DNA of 64,000 bases from Bugula neritina. Taxonomy: Eukaryota; Animalia; Bryozoa. The notes beneath the pieces were generated by a model. It saw only the letters and a list, made by a program, of their open reading frames with translations, was not told where the DNA came from and made no database searches. The stretch spans positions 10,756,633-10,820,632 of the forward strand of contig OZ037769.1 in NCBI GenBank assembly GCA_964035545.1, written 5' to 3'. Within the stretch, counting starts at the first letter, position 1; each line of letters begins with the position of its first letter. Below are positions 1-15,000 of this stretch, piece by piece. The translations under genes were made by a program, and so were the position numbers.

Positions 1-3000
1 AGATATGAGTGTCACGTAGACCATGAGAACCTTCCAGAAGCCTTAATAGATTATGCTAGCATTAAAGGTAGGCGGAGACAAGCATACAACCGCACTCCAT
101 ACAGATACAGTCTTATGTCAATTGGTTTATCTTCAAACACATTAATTATTTCTATCTCACTATAATTATCCATCTTAAGCATCATTTGTTCCAGTGTTAA
201 GGAACCAGCCTGTAACTTATGCAGCACATAATGTTATATATGATAGCATGTGCTCCTTACTTGTGTACGTCATCTTGTCCTCTATCTCACAGTTCTCGGG
301 CTGCCTGGGGTTCCAGTTATTATTGCGGAACCTGAAGGTGCAGTGAAAGTTGGTAGTAAAGTAGCTCTGAGCTGCGTCAGTGAAGGATCCGACCCAAACA
401 CCCAGTTACTTTGGTACAGAGATGGAAGGTATGTTACTAGCTGGTGTTGTAATACTGATACTGGTACTAGTACTGGTATTGGTACTGGTCATGGTATTGG
501 TATTGGCACAGTGGTACTGGTAATGGTACTGATACTGGTACAGTGGTACTGGTAATGGTACTAATACTGGTACACTGGTACTAATACTGGTACTGGTACT
601 GGTACTGGTACTGGTACTGGTACTGATACTGGTACTGGTACTGATACTGATACTGGTACTGGTAATGGTACTAATACTGGTACACTGGTACTAATACTGG
701 TACTGGTACTGATACTGATACTGGTACTGGTAATGGTACTGATAGATATGTAAGTTACCAACATCTGCATCATGATTTAAACTTCTTGCAGTGTGGTTGA
801 CCGCACATATGCCATATCTGGAGCCTTGGTAGTCAATACTCTAACTATACCAGCTGCAATATCAACCAGAGAATATGAGTGCAGAGTCGTCCACCCTAAA
901 CTTACTGATGATCTCGTTGAATACCACACTGTTACAGGTATTCTTCTAGAATATTCTCAAACTGCTATAAACAGTTTTTGCTGCAAATGAAGCAATAATT
1001 AACAAGAAGCCTATAACCATAACAGATGAAAGTTGCTTAAAGCACTATTCAGCTTGAAATTTAAGAGTAAAACTAGATTAGTTGATTGAGCTATGTGATC
1101 TGTCTCAAAATATGAATAAGAAATAATTCAGACAAAGTCTAATTATGAAGGTCAGCCATAGCCCTTTATATATATTATGTTGTATCAAATGTAAATCAAC
1201 ATCTTTAGAGCTAAAATTTGCATGTTGAGATGAAAAATTTCCTGTGAAGCAAAAAGTTTGGCTTACAGATGTTCTTAGAAAAAAAGGAGTGTAAGTTAGT
1301 ATATTGGTTAATTTTACCGATTACTACCACCAGCATTGCAAGATACTCTAAGCTCTCTCACAGCTGTCAGTGACCTCAACATACAGGGCGCCGAGGGGGA
1401 CATATTATGAGTCATAGCAAGTCTAAACAACAAATCACTGTGTGTTTCTTTTTGTAAACAAACAATGTTCAAGTAGTATTAATTTACATAATTTACAGCA
1501 TATCAGTATAGAAAATTCAATGTATAAACACAGTACTTATCCCATCTAAATGAAATCTTCAGAAATTTACATTCCTTAAATATTGTTAATTCAGGCAACT
1601 GAAATTCATAGTAGCTGTAAATTATGCCTAGTGATTTTCCTGTTTATATAAAATTGTTTATAATGTTATTTAGTTTGCTTTCATAGTGTACAGGTTACCA
1701 GACCCCCCTACAATAAAGTCACCAAAGGCAGGGTTAAACCCAAATGCTTCCATCACTTTGGTGTGCACAGCTGAGAATGCTGATAGGAATACGTCCTTAG
1801 TTTGGTTGAGAGGCGGGAAGGTGATTGATAGGTCAGTCTCAGTCTATCTTGAGCTTTGTGCTGAGTAACTTCAGCTGTTGATAGATACGATGTGTACAGC
1901 TTGCTATTCTTCAGTTACTAGAGTTGTCCCCCTTGCATATTACCACACATGGCTATCTAGTCAGAAGCTTCAATCTTATTTAGAGTTATATTTTTCAGCA
2001 TGTATGAGTTGGCTGGTTCTACTATAACTAATGAACACACCTTTGCTACGTGGAGCGACATAGAAGAGGTCAGGTGTGAGCTGAGTCACCAGTATATACC
2101 TAGGCCTTATGAGGTCATCCCGGAGCTCCCCGGTATGTCTTATTTTAAGGATTTAGAACCACTGCTAAAAATGCAACTTTTCTGTCCTGTATTTTCTGAT
2201 GAAAATTTACACTTCTGTAATATTGCAAAGTTTCTTTAAAGAGTTTTAGCTGCATACAAAGAATTATACAAATTCTTTTTTTTTTTATTTGTTTTAAAAG
2301 GAGTCTTAAAAATAGATAGATTTGCTTATATTATATTTTCTACTCTTTTACACATGCAGTTTGTTGTTATACAGTATACACCTACATTGCATGTGTGTTA
2401 TATCTGATAAATAAAGTGTTGTACAAAATTAATATAAATCATATAACATTTGACTTTTATTTCAAGATTTATCATCTCTCTAAGCATATTGCCTGGTAAT
2501 AAAGTCTGTCACGTTTACAAAATAGTAGCAACTGGTAAATTATCTATAAGTTCAATTAGCTTCTTTTTTTTTAGTTTTACCAGGTGATCCTGAGATAAAT
2601 GATGGCATTCCTTTGGAGACAGTGGCCATTGGTTCAGATGTGACTCTCAGGTGTAAATCCTTTGGCACTGACCCAAATACTGTAGTCTCATGGCACAGAA
2701 GTGATTCAGGACAACTATTAGATAACTCATACTCAATTCAGGTGTCTTACAGTTATTTGTTGATACTTGCTTTGGTTAAAAAATACTTCAAATAAATTGA
2801 TTTTCAAAAGTCATGGCAAGATTTTCTAAGTAATATTTATCACCATTGTGACAATTGGAAAGTACTAAAATGATATTATTATATGATTATTATGTTGAGG
2901 TGCAGCCATTTTGTCATCATTAGATAAATAGTAGTTTATTAGATTTTGTACCTCTGGCTTGCTAGGGTGAATATATAATCAATGAGATGACTGTGAGAGC

Positions 3001-6000
3001 AGATGACTACCCGTACCTATACGAATGCAGAGTTTCTCATCCTTACTTATTTCCTCATCATTTGGTTACGAGCACAAAAGTACCAGTATACGGTAAAATA
3101 AATTTAGATTTATCTCCCTTGACTTTGTGTAAAATGTAATTTAAAATATTTATTTGAAAAATTGTTATTATTGCACAAAGTTTTATAAAATCTATTAAAT
3201 AATTATTTTAACAAACCTAATTTAACATTTAAATTATTCAAAAAGTATTTTTGTGCAAAATATTAATATACACACCTAGGAATTCTAAGTCGAATAAGTA
3301 TATAATACATAAGCGCGACGATTGCAGTTATCTTTGCGCAGCGGCAGTACCATAGCCAGTGACGTTTATCGGAGGCGTGGTTATTGCTAGTTGAAAACTT
3401 ATACCAATACCCTGCACTGACGACGTGAAAAACCGTCGGCACGTGCAATTTATGGAGGCCTCTACGGAGGCTGATAAGCTCAATTAAAACAATATCCAAA
3501 TATTAGCAATACTCCTTAAATAGAAATCACCTATCTAAGGCAAGTATGCCTAAGACCTGGCTGTTGTCAGTTTCTCAGCCTGGCTAAACATACTGGTTCT
3601 TTATTTAGGCAATTGATTTGTTTCGTGCAGTAAATGGGTCATTATTGAAATTTACATGATGTGTATATTGTATAATTTACATGCTATGTATATTGTATTT
3701 GAGAAAAGTTCCCTTAGATAATTTTAAAAAGCGATATCAGATTTCTAAACAAGCAGTGCAATTAATCAGAAATACAACTTATTAAAATAATGTTGATCAA
3801 GACATGCTTTGAGTACAATATCAATGATAGGTATTTTAGATACACCTATTCTGTCTGTGCACATTAGTTCTACTTGGCACCCTTTAAAACTAATAGTAAA
3901 TTGTGAAAGGTACTAAAAGTAGCCTAATAGTTGATATATTGTAAACTGCAGTTTCAAAAAATCAGCAAAACTAAAGAGAAAAATTGTTGAACCTAGTTAA
4001 AAATGTCTAGTATAGACAATTTATTTAATTTTTATTTAATTCGTTGTGCTTATATAAGGGTTGGTAGATCTTGTAAATCTCTTAGAAATGTTTCATCTGC
4101 ATATATGTCTAATTTACATTCAGTAGTTATCAAGCACTCTATAGACATTGTATTTTGACAACCAAGGTTTCTCATTTTGATTTTAAGAGATTAAGTTGAT
4201 TTACTTTGTAGGGTGACAACTTTCCCAACTAAAGTCGCATTTCAAAACCTAGTTCGATTTTTTTCAAGAGAGATATTATAATAGTTTCAGAAACTTATAA
4301 ACATGAAAAGTTGCAGCTATCGTTTGAAATATATATAAATAACTTCACTGCATCAATCTATTTCAGAAATACCTGGTCGACCAGAAATAACCGGGATACC
4401 TAGTGGAAAGATTATGGACAAATCTGACGTAGAATTGACATGTCGCTCATTGGGAACTTCTCCACTCACTCGAGTCATTTGGTACAGGGATGGGGTGCCT
4501 GTAGACTCAACATATATGATAACTGGAGCCTCTGTTATAAACACCTACATATTTACAGCTTCCGTAGAAGACAATTCCAAACTTGAATGCCGTGTGGAAT
4601 TTGACCCAACTAGTCTGGAGATGACTGCACCTGCTAATATAAGGGTTCAAGGTTGGTCAAGTCAATCATGATGCTCACAGTTTTGATTTTTGTACCAAAC
4701 ATTACTAAATTGTTAACCTGACAGCGTTTTAGCTGCTAAAGTCTTGCAGGTAAATTTAGCACAAGGTTTTCATTTTGTTATACATTTTAGAATATTATAA
4801 GAACAGCTATTTCTCAATAGCCTTTTAATTTGGTTAGATTTTAAAACTTAGCACTTAGATGTAAAAATGAATGATTTTCTCAGAATATCGATAGGTTTAA
4901 AAGTAATTGTTTATGTCTGCATGCGCGTAAACTTTGTATGGTGTTACATGCATGATGTAAAGACTCTGCTTTTCTTTAACTTAACATTTATGCATCACGC
5001 TTTTCAAACGTTCACAGCATTGCCCGGCCCTCCAGAGATTACAGGGAACCCTGCAGAGCCTGTAAGTCCAGGTACCAGGGTGACCGTCATCTGCGAGTCT
5101 GCCGGCACTTCTCCTGACACCCGCCTCATTTGGTACAATGGAGGCCGACCCGTAGCTGTTAATTACGCTGTGTCTGGAAATTATGTGCGAAATGTGTACA
5201 CATTTACTGCTGAAACTGGCCCTCCTTTGACACTTGAATGTCGTCTAGACTTTTCACCTGCTAACCTTCAGCTTTCCACTCAAGTAGTCATTTCCATGCA
5301 AGGTATGCTGCTTCTTTCACTCCAATAACCTACCAGCTATTAGGTCTACACAAGGTATATAATGCTTCTTTTCACTCCAATAACCCACCAGCTATCAGGT
5401 CTATACAAGGTATATAATGCTTCTTTTCACTCCAATAACCTACCAGCTATTAGGTCTATACAAGGTATATAATGCTTCTTTTCACTCCAATAACCCACCA
5501 GCTATTAGGTCTATACAAGGTATATATGCTTTTTTTCACTCCAATAACCTACCAGCTATTAGGTCTATACAAGGTATATAATGCTTCTTTTCACTACAAT
5601 GACCTACCAGCTATTAGGTCTATACAAGGTATACCACTTCTTTTCACTACAATAACCTACCAGCTATTATTTTTAACTGCTAAACAAGTTTTTTTATAAA
5701 ACTTAATTTCAATCAAGATTTTGAAAACAAAACTAAATCTTAATAATCATTTTCAGTTTTTTAATACAAATTTCAACTTTTTCCAAAAAATCATTTTTAA
5801 TACCTGATATTGTATTTCAAATTAATGGTTTCTCTTAATTTTCTGCCACTTTTTTAATTTAACCACACAACAAGAAGAATTTTTCATATTTTGTTAACCA
5901 ACTTTCCTATATTTTCGCTCCATTTCTAGTTTGTTGCTTTGTTTAACCCACTGTGTGATTTATTACGTGGCCCTTCATCTCTTAGGTCAGCCAGGCCCAC

Positions 6001-9000
6001 CTGAGATTATTGGCATACCTGAAGCATCAGTAAGGGTCAACACAAACGTAACCCTTGTCTGCCAATCATTGGGCACTTCTGCACTCACCAAGTTATTCTG
6101 GTACGAGGATGGGGTCAAACAAGATGACAGTTACAGCATACAAGGAAATTATGTGGTCAACTCTTACACTTTCACAACTCCTTTAGCCGGGCCCAGAACC
6201 TTAGAGTGCAGGTTGGAGTACCAGCCAAACAACCTTAGACAGTCGGCATTTGCTAACCTAGTAGTTAGAGGTGTGTCTATTATACCTCTATGCTTTCTTT
6301 TCCCAACATTATCCTTCAAATTTGTCTGTCAATCTAGACAAGGGCAGACAATGCATTCTTGTTACAGAACTTGTCAGAAAGCTCTCCTAGTGATTCTCAT
6401 TTATAAGATTGAAAGTAATAAATTTAATATGTATATAATATAACTAAAGTTAAATTATATTCTGAATTCTTTTCTGTAAAGTAATTACATTTTAGTCTCG
6501 AGCTTACAAACCTCTTAAACCTGCTTTTTGATAATTTATTTTCTTATATGTAGTTACCACCATTTTCAGCTTTCATTTACTCTTAGATGATTTGCAACAG
6601 TTGATACCCAACATATGTGTGAAAAGTCAAATCTTTCTATAACCCAACAGCTAAAACTAATTATATTTCAGCTTATAGTGCTTTCAATAACATCAATCCG
6701 GCTATTTCAGGAGAGCCTGGTTCCCCGGAAATAATTGGTGTACCAACTGGAAGTGTTCCATTTGGTTCCATTATCCGGTTGTTGTGTCGATCTCTGGGCA
6801 CATCTAATGAAACCCAACTTGTCTGGTACAGCCGCAGTAATATAGTAGATAAAACCTTTTACATATCTGATGACTATGTGATCAATGAGTATGAGTTTAA
6901 GGCCTCCTCTGCAGGTCTGATTGACATTCAGTGTAGCATGGTGTATCCACCTACTGGTCTGGAACTCTATGATAATGCTCAGATTGTGGTGCAAGGTTAG
7001 ACCTGCTTCTTTTCATGCTATTATTTAAGCTTGAATACCTAACTCAGTATTATAGTGTATATAAATATATAATACATGGTTGAGTACACCCACTATATTA
7101 TACCCCACTCCTCCACCCCATCCCCTGTCATATTCAGTGCACAGCATGTTTGCTTTGTCAAGATGTTTTTCAATATTTATAGCGATTCAATGGTAGCAGT
7201 TAAACTTGTTTTAAAATTGAGAATGCGGCCATAGAAGAGAATTTCTATAGCTTTGTTTCCTGTAAATCATTGATGTTGAAGGCCAAAATCTAGTCATTTA
7301 AACAGGAAACCTAAGCAAACAGTAATCCTACATGCAGCTTTATTTCATTGCCTGGTGAAAATTTAGATAATGTCTGCTCATTGTTTCTCTTGAAACAAAG
7401 TGAGCATATGTGCACTGAGTATTCAAATTTTTCTGTTATAATTATCCTGCATGTAGTAGCAGCTAATATATTCTATGTAACTGCTCACAATGCCACTCCT
7501 GCATTCAACCCGCATGCATGCTAATGGGTACAGACTACCACTCCTTGTGCTTTATGTCCATGTTCCATTAATCTGCAGCAAACTCACCAGAGGAACCACA
7601 GATCTCTGGCCAGCCAGAATTAGCCCAGGTACCCGGCACTCAGTTAAGGCTAGTCTGTAGGTCATCAGAGGCGTCACCTGGTACAGCCCTAGTTTGGTAT
7701 GAAAATGGGCAACTTATAGACAACACTTACTCTCTCACCAATGACTACATAGAGAACGTACTTAACTACACTGTGCCTACATCTGGCCTCTCTCAAACCA
7801 GACTGGAATGTCGGCTCTCATTTCTACCTTTGAACTTAGTGCTTTCCACTTTTTCTTTGGTAAAGATACAAGGTAGCTTCCCCCTTTACTTTCTTCCCTT
7901 TACTTTCACTGCAATGTCTAACCTAGCATTGATTTTCACAAATTCAATCTTTCTGATTTTAAAATCCCTTGGCATAATTTTGCCGACTCGTATACCTAGA
8001 AATTGCAAGCATCAAGTGCGGCTACCAAGGTTATAAAAAGGTGTAAGTCATAGGCCAGGCCTATGCATAAGGCAGTTTAAAATCTGTAGTAGTTTGACTA
8101 TGCTTAGTATACCAAAGTGGCGCTAGACTGCAACTTATGTAATCAATTGTATAGTTGCATTTTATAACCATACTGGTAATATTGCTTTGTAGAACATTAT
8201 TATATGCATTATTTAGTAAATTAATCTAATTTATAACAATTTCTATTACACCATGTCTTTTCGGTTGTTGAAGCCATAGTCTGTAGCTGTAAATACTAAC
8301 TCTTATAACCAGAATTGCCTGGAGATCCAACCATAACGGAGTATCCACTTCAACCTCAGCCTGCTGGCAAACTGGTGACATTGGTGTGCCAGTCTCGGGG
8401 CACCTCACAATATACTCGCCTTATTTGGTTCATGAACGGTGACCCCCTAGACACTACCTTCTTCATACAAAATGGATACGTGGTAAACGAGTTAGAGTTT
8501 GTAGTGCCTCAAGCCATTTCCTCACAATTAGAGTGTCGAATGGAGTTCCCACCAATTGGTTTACGGAAGTCAACAGAAACCGTTGTCTATAAGCTTAGTA
8601 AGCTTTATTTCTAACTCGTAGCACTTGCAATGCGCTGTTAGAGCACTTGCTATTTTCTTGTCATCATAGTACATTCTATCATGTTGCATGTAGTATCAAC
8701 GGTGGCGGTGGCAGTAGAAATTAATGCAAAATTTCTGCATAAAGTTAATGCCTTGTAACTAAAATGCTGATGCTTGTACTAACAGGAAAACCTAAATAGT
8801 TCAATGTAGCTCGTTAATCATAATAGGTAGCTCTAAGCTAATAAAGTTTAAAAACTTATATTCCACCTGTTGTAAAAAACTCATGACTCAACCTTCTCTC
8901 TTTTAATTTAAACTGACTGTAAGACTGCCGAAAATATACTAGGATAAAACGTAATACATTACGATATATATATTACAAACCATACACACTGAAATTCTAT

Positions 9001-12000
9001 AAGCTAGGCTTAACTTTACATGTATTCCGAGGCTACCTCGTATTATACATTCTGTGTATTGTTGTCTAGATACATCTAAGCCAACTGTGACACAATCTCC
9101 TGAACCAGTAGAAGATGGGTCGGAGGTGACCTTGACATGCAGTGTTCAGCACCACGGAGATGTCAACATTAGACTGGTGGGTACTAGAAGGTAGACTGTT
9201 GAGCTGTCCTCCATTAGTTAGGTGGGTGGCACTATTTGCTAAGATAGCTTGATTTGAGTAGACATATATATTAAAGATATCCTTCTGCAGGTCTGGTATC
9301 AACAAGGAGAAGTTGTAGATTCCACTCAGCAAGTAGAGGGTGACTACATCATCAACACATTTAATACGGCAGCATCTTATTCTGACAGCAACTATGAATG
9401 TCGTCTCACCAGCACTGGAAGAGTAGAAAGAGTTCCTCTAGCACTCAACGTCTGTAAGCGCCAACTATATAGCCGCAAAGAGTTATGCTTCCTTTGGTAG
9501 AAAGTGAAATGTTATAATATAAATATCTGCTCTAAGTTTAGAACATTTATAAATGAAGTTATCAATTTACTTTCACAAATATTTGCTGTAATCAATGGTA
9601 TAGAGGTGTACAATTTTACTGCAGGCATATTTGAAGTTCCAATTTTTATTCACTATAAAACTTTCTATTTTTCACATAACACAAACCTTTCTTTCTAACT
9701 GCAACGCTTTGTAGATCCTGTGCCTCCTAAAATTTTTGATAAACCCTTCAGTGCTGCTTACCCGGGTGACAGGGTTGGGCTCAGCTGCTCCTGGCCCTAC
9801 CCAGGTGTGGCTGGCAGACTTCAGTGGGTCAACTCAATGACTCAAACTGTATTTCCATCTGAGATACAAACTGATGGAAACACCACAACTGCTGCTATTA
9901 CCATTTCTGTGGATGACTCATCACTGTATAATATCTTTGACTGTGTGGTGGTGGGAGTGACTGGGAAAGACAGCAGCATCCTGGTTGATAGGGTCATAGT
10001 GCCTGTCAACAATACCAACTCGGCTTTAGGTAGACCCTTTCTTTTCTTTTCATGCTAAATCAAGTAGACCAATTGAGATGAAGGATGGATCTCATTCCAT
10101 GTATCATAAACTATAGTTTGATAATTTAAGTATTGTTTCACTCTATTTCTTTCATTCTTACAAAAGTCACATACAAATCAGAGCTTTGCTTTTCTTTTTA
10201 TCTAAATTTAAAGTAAAAATCACCAAATGAAGATTTCATTTAATGATGCATCGGCATTGCCGAAAAACTTGCGGGCTTTAGATACAAATAGCTAATTGAA
10301 CTTGTTGCCGTTTGCAAGATACCAACATGTAAATTAAAGAAACCAACAGGTTTGAACATGTGCTGTACCAATTCGCATTTTCTTGCAGTAAATTAGGAGG
10401 GGTTGCACTCCGCACTGTAAAGTGAGAAAGTACTGTAGGGGTTCAAGCCTCATGAACAGCGTCTAATTTTTTTCATCTTAGAATTATCGTTTAAATACAA
10501 TATTACTAATTTAAATTTTTTAAAAAGCTGAATAATTTTTGTTGTTGCTTATTTCTTACTTAACAATTTTCATTTTCGTTGCTTGAAATCATATTGCAAC
10601 CTTTTATCAGCTGCAGTAGCAAACAACATTAATAGTTCTTCAAATTTATACATTACAGGTATGCTATTTGTAGGCATAATGGGTATAGACATTACATTTG
10701 TAGACATAATAATTATAGACATAATAGTTGTAGATATACTAGTTATAGATATAATAGTTATAGATATAATAGCTATAGATATAATAGGTATAGACATACT
10801 AGTCATAGACATACTAGTTATAGACATGATAGTTATAGATATACTAGTTATGGATATAATAGCTACAGATATAATAGCTATAGATATACCAGTTATAGAC
10901 ATAATCGTTATAGACATGATAGTTATAGACATATTAGTTATAGATATAATAGCTATAGATATAATAGCTATAGATATAATAGCTATAGATATAATAGCTA
11001 TATACATAATAGCTATATATATAATAGCTATAGATATAATAGCTATAGATATAATAGCTATAGATATAATAGCTATATATATATAATAGCTATATATATA
11101 TATAATAGCTATAGATATAATAGCTATAGATATAATAGCTATATATATACTTGTATAGATTGTAAATCCGGAGGCCAGCAGATGGATGTGGTCATAATTA
11201 TTGACTCATCTACAAGTTTGACCAGAAGTGATTTCCAGAACCAGATAGACTTTGTATCCAGGTATTGACTATTGTCCTGTATCCAGGTAAAATGTTTAGA
11301 AGGTTTCGGAGAATAAAATCCAATACATGTGCTGCAAAATAATAAATAAATAAATATTAAAAATATGCCAATAACTGTTTTAGCTGATTTACCAGATCTT
11401 AGAAGAAGCTGGTGCTGTGTCAAAAAAAATACAACAGCCTGTTTTGTAAAGAGAAGTTTTTTTAAAAAAAACCGTATTTTCACATTAACTAAGACCAAAT
11501 TATTTCATATAAAAAATTGAAGAGTTCTAGGGTTTAGGACTTTGGTGTTTTTCTATTAATATAGTCAGGAAAACCAAAATTAAGTCAGTTAATTTATTTA
11601 AAGGTTAAAGAAGTTTGAAACTTTTATTTAGTCTTTGAGCCAATTACTATTGACAAACTTTTGACAATCTGCTAAAAAGCTGTTGAAAGACTGTTGAAAG
11701 ACTGACAGCAATTGGCACGTACACAATTGTGACTCCATCTATTTAGATTTGTCAGCGAGTTTGATATCGGGAGTAGCAATGTACAAGTTGGACTGGTTTC
11801 CTTCAGCACTAGCACTGTTGTCCATTTCTACATGAGTGACCACGATAACGAGGTTGACCTTCTCAAGGCCATTTCAAGAGTGACTCAGACTGGAGGTATG
11901 TGCAACAAATCAGATAAACAATCAGAGCAGCTCGAGACCTTTTCTGTTACATTTCTAGATGTAGAGGCAGTATTTTACTATAATAATTTTGTTCCCATCA

Positions 12001-15000
12001 TTCGTATTGTGGAAATAGTTATATTGAAGGAAACTGCAACGATAAGTTAATAATGTAAACAGCAAGCACAAATTCATCTGTACAGCATTCATTCACATAA
12101 TGTGCAGCCATGGAAACGCAGTGAATAAGAGAAAGTACTTTGTAGGTATGCCAGCTTGTTATAGCACAAAGGTAAATTATTAGTGCATTAACTTATACTA
12201 ATCTTTTACCAGGTGGGACTAATACTCACCTGCCAATTAAAAGAGCTAGAGAAGAACTGTTTTCCCGTCGCTATGGTGATAGACCAGACGTTGACAATCT
12301 GTGTATAGTAATAACTGATGGGAGGTCTTATATCCCTGAGAGAACCGCCAGCGAATCTGCACTGGTTTGAATTTAATACTATATAGTATATATATCCATA
12401 ATACATATTATATGCAGTACACATTAAACAGCATACACTATGAATTATGCACTACACAGTACACATTACACAGTACACACTAAACAGTACATACTACACA
12501 GTGCATGTTATACAGTATAAGCTACACGGTGTACACTATACATTATACGCTACACAGTATGCACTACACAGTACACATTACACTGCAGACACTATAATAT
12601 AGTATACACTACACAGCACACATTACACTGCAGACACTATAATAATATAGTATACACTATACAGTACACATATTGAAGTACAATATATATTATCTTAACC
12701 TGCTAACTGAATGCTTGCAAAAATTTGAAATAAATACTTTATCAATTTTAATAGTCCACTAAAATTTGGATTATAATATAGTTTGAAATGCAGCATAGTT
12801 GAAATGTGTCTAATACATATGATAATAAAACTTTTGATATAAGAAGCATCAAATTTTTACTCATGCGTGTTAATGATGAATTGTTGAACTAGAAACTTCA
12901 TAAAACTCTTGATTGGGAACACCATGCATCATATTATATAATACAATACGATTATAATCAAGTAAGCTTCACTCTAACCCAAATAATTATTTTTAAAACT
13001 GAAGCTCTTTCATGATATTATAATTCATTTTACAAGCTGATCAACTTGTAAATCAATCACTCAAATCTTATAGAACCTTTAGTTGTTGATTAATTACTTA
13101 TAAATTTTTAAAAAAGATTAGAGAAATCTCTAGTTTTGCAGTTTTACATGTAAAGTAATTATGTACATGAATAATGAATAACAAAATTGTCTTATCAATT
13201 AAATTATTTCAAGCTGCTTATATATGTTTTACTTGTATTTTAAAGGCAAGACAAGCAGGTATAGAAATGTTTGCCATTGGAGTGGGCAGAGGTGTGGACA
13301 TCTCAGAGCTGATTTCCATAGCAGGAAACCACAGCAGAGTGTACTACGCAGACGACTATAACAGACTACAGAATATTGAGTATGAGTTTGTTAAGAGCAC
13401 AAGAGCCACTGTGGGGCCTTGTCAGGAGCCCACAACTACGCCTTTGCCCATATGTGAGTTAGCTTTTCATCTTTGTGTTATTGGATTTTGAGTTATTGGC
13501 TATTGTGCCATTGGTCATATTTCAATAGCCAATGACCAGCCAATTAAGTTATTGATCATTGACTTATTGATTATTGCATCATTGCCTATTGAGTTATTGT
13601 GGTTATAACTCAATAGCCAACTTCAAATAACAGTGTAAGTGTCCCAGAAACTGTTCAATTGCTTTTTGGTTGAAAATTACAAATTAATAGCTTTTCACCA
13701 GTTTTACATTGGCATATTTATAGCATTGTTCAAAGTTTTGGTAACTTGGCTGAAGATTACCTGTATGTATTGTAGTTGATATCACATCAACTCGTATAAC
13801 GTTTATTATAAAACCTGCTAAAACTCATAATGAATAAACTAAAGGTCTGATGATGACTACATTGTGGTTACAGCCACAGTAGTGGGAGAGTGGAGTGGAT
13901 GGTCGAGCTGCTCGGTAACCTGTGGCTCCGGCACCACCTACAGAAGTAGGAGATGCAGACAAGGAAATGATGGCTTACAATGTCCTCGGGATCTCCAGCA
14001 ACAGACAGAGTGTACAAACACTCCTTGTCAACCTGTCACAGGTGAGCTCCTTGTCAACTTGTCACAGGTGAGCTTCTTGTCAACCTGTCACAGGTGAGCT
14101 TCTTGTCAACCTGTCGCAAGTGAGCTACTTGTCAATTTGTCACAAGTGAGCTCTTGTTTTCAACACAAGTGAAATAAAAACTGTGAAACTTCGCTTTTCC
14201 AATAGTTGAAGCAAAAAAAAAAGAATATTATTGCTACTACTTTTATACATCATATAAGTGAATAAGTTTGTTTTTATATTTAAAGTATTTAGCTGTGGTT
14301 ACTTGGATTTAGTTTATGAAACAAGTTATTAGATGTATTATAAATATAAATTACTAATCTGAAGTTGTACTAGCAAGTTTTCCAAAACAATTCGAGAGGT
14401 TAGTCCACACTGGAGAGCAAAAAGCCTCTATTAAAGTTATTATTAAAGTTTTCAGTAAAAATCCTTTATGAAAAAAGTTGTATTGCTATTTACACTACTA
14501 AAAATTTTTCCACCAGTCAATAATTCATAAATTGCTGAAATATAAACGGTGTCTGCACTATGCACTATATACACACTTAAGTGGCATGGTATATATTCAT
14601 ATATTGATATATTTAAGTTGAATTATTAGTATCCTAAGCATAGCATGTTAGTTGAAAGTTACAAATTATTAGCTTTCTTCTAGTTTTACGTTCACATATT
14701 TGTAGCATTGTTCAAAACTGGCAATTTCGCTAATTGCTCCAGGACAGTTTTAATTAGTTCGGGATACTATATATATTTATAATTTGTTGTAGTTGACATC
14801 ACATTAATTTATATAAAGTGCATTATAATAAAGGGATATCAAAATTCGTATTGATTGAACTAATGAACTAATGATGACTACATTGTGGTTACAGCCACAG
14901 TAGTGGGAGAGTGGAGTGGATGGTCCAGCTGCTCAGTAACCTGTGGCTCCGGCACCACCTACAGAAGTAGGAGATGCAGACAAGGAAATGATGGCTTACA

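Larger units (their letters stand above)
1..10029 (+). other. Tandem Ig-domain array (11 complete + 1 partial), nephrin/CD80-like C2 type
   Basis: Repeated ~95-aa unit PGxPEIxGxP...VTLxCxSxGTSPxTxLxWYxDG..VDxTY.I.G.YVIN.Y.F...LECR; domains are bounded by phase-1 introns. Confidence 0.88.

Noticed and set aside
3263-3520. CpG-rich intronic patches (also ~10240-10460 and ~18195-18400) that look like TE remnants
   Set aside because: No paired TIRs, TSD or second copy found by eye.
10570-11086. 145-167 aa Ile-rich ORFs on both strands
   Set aside because: Translations of a 15-bp intronic minisatellite; the flanking exons join in phase without them.
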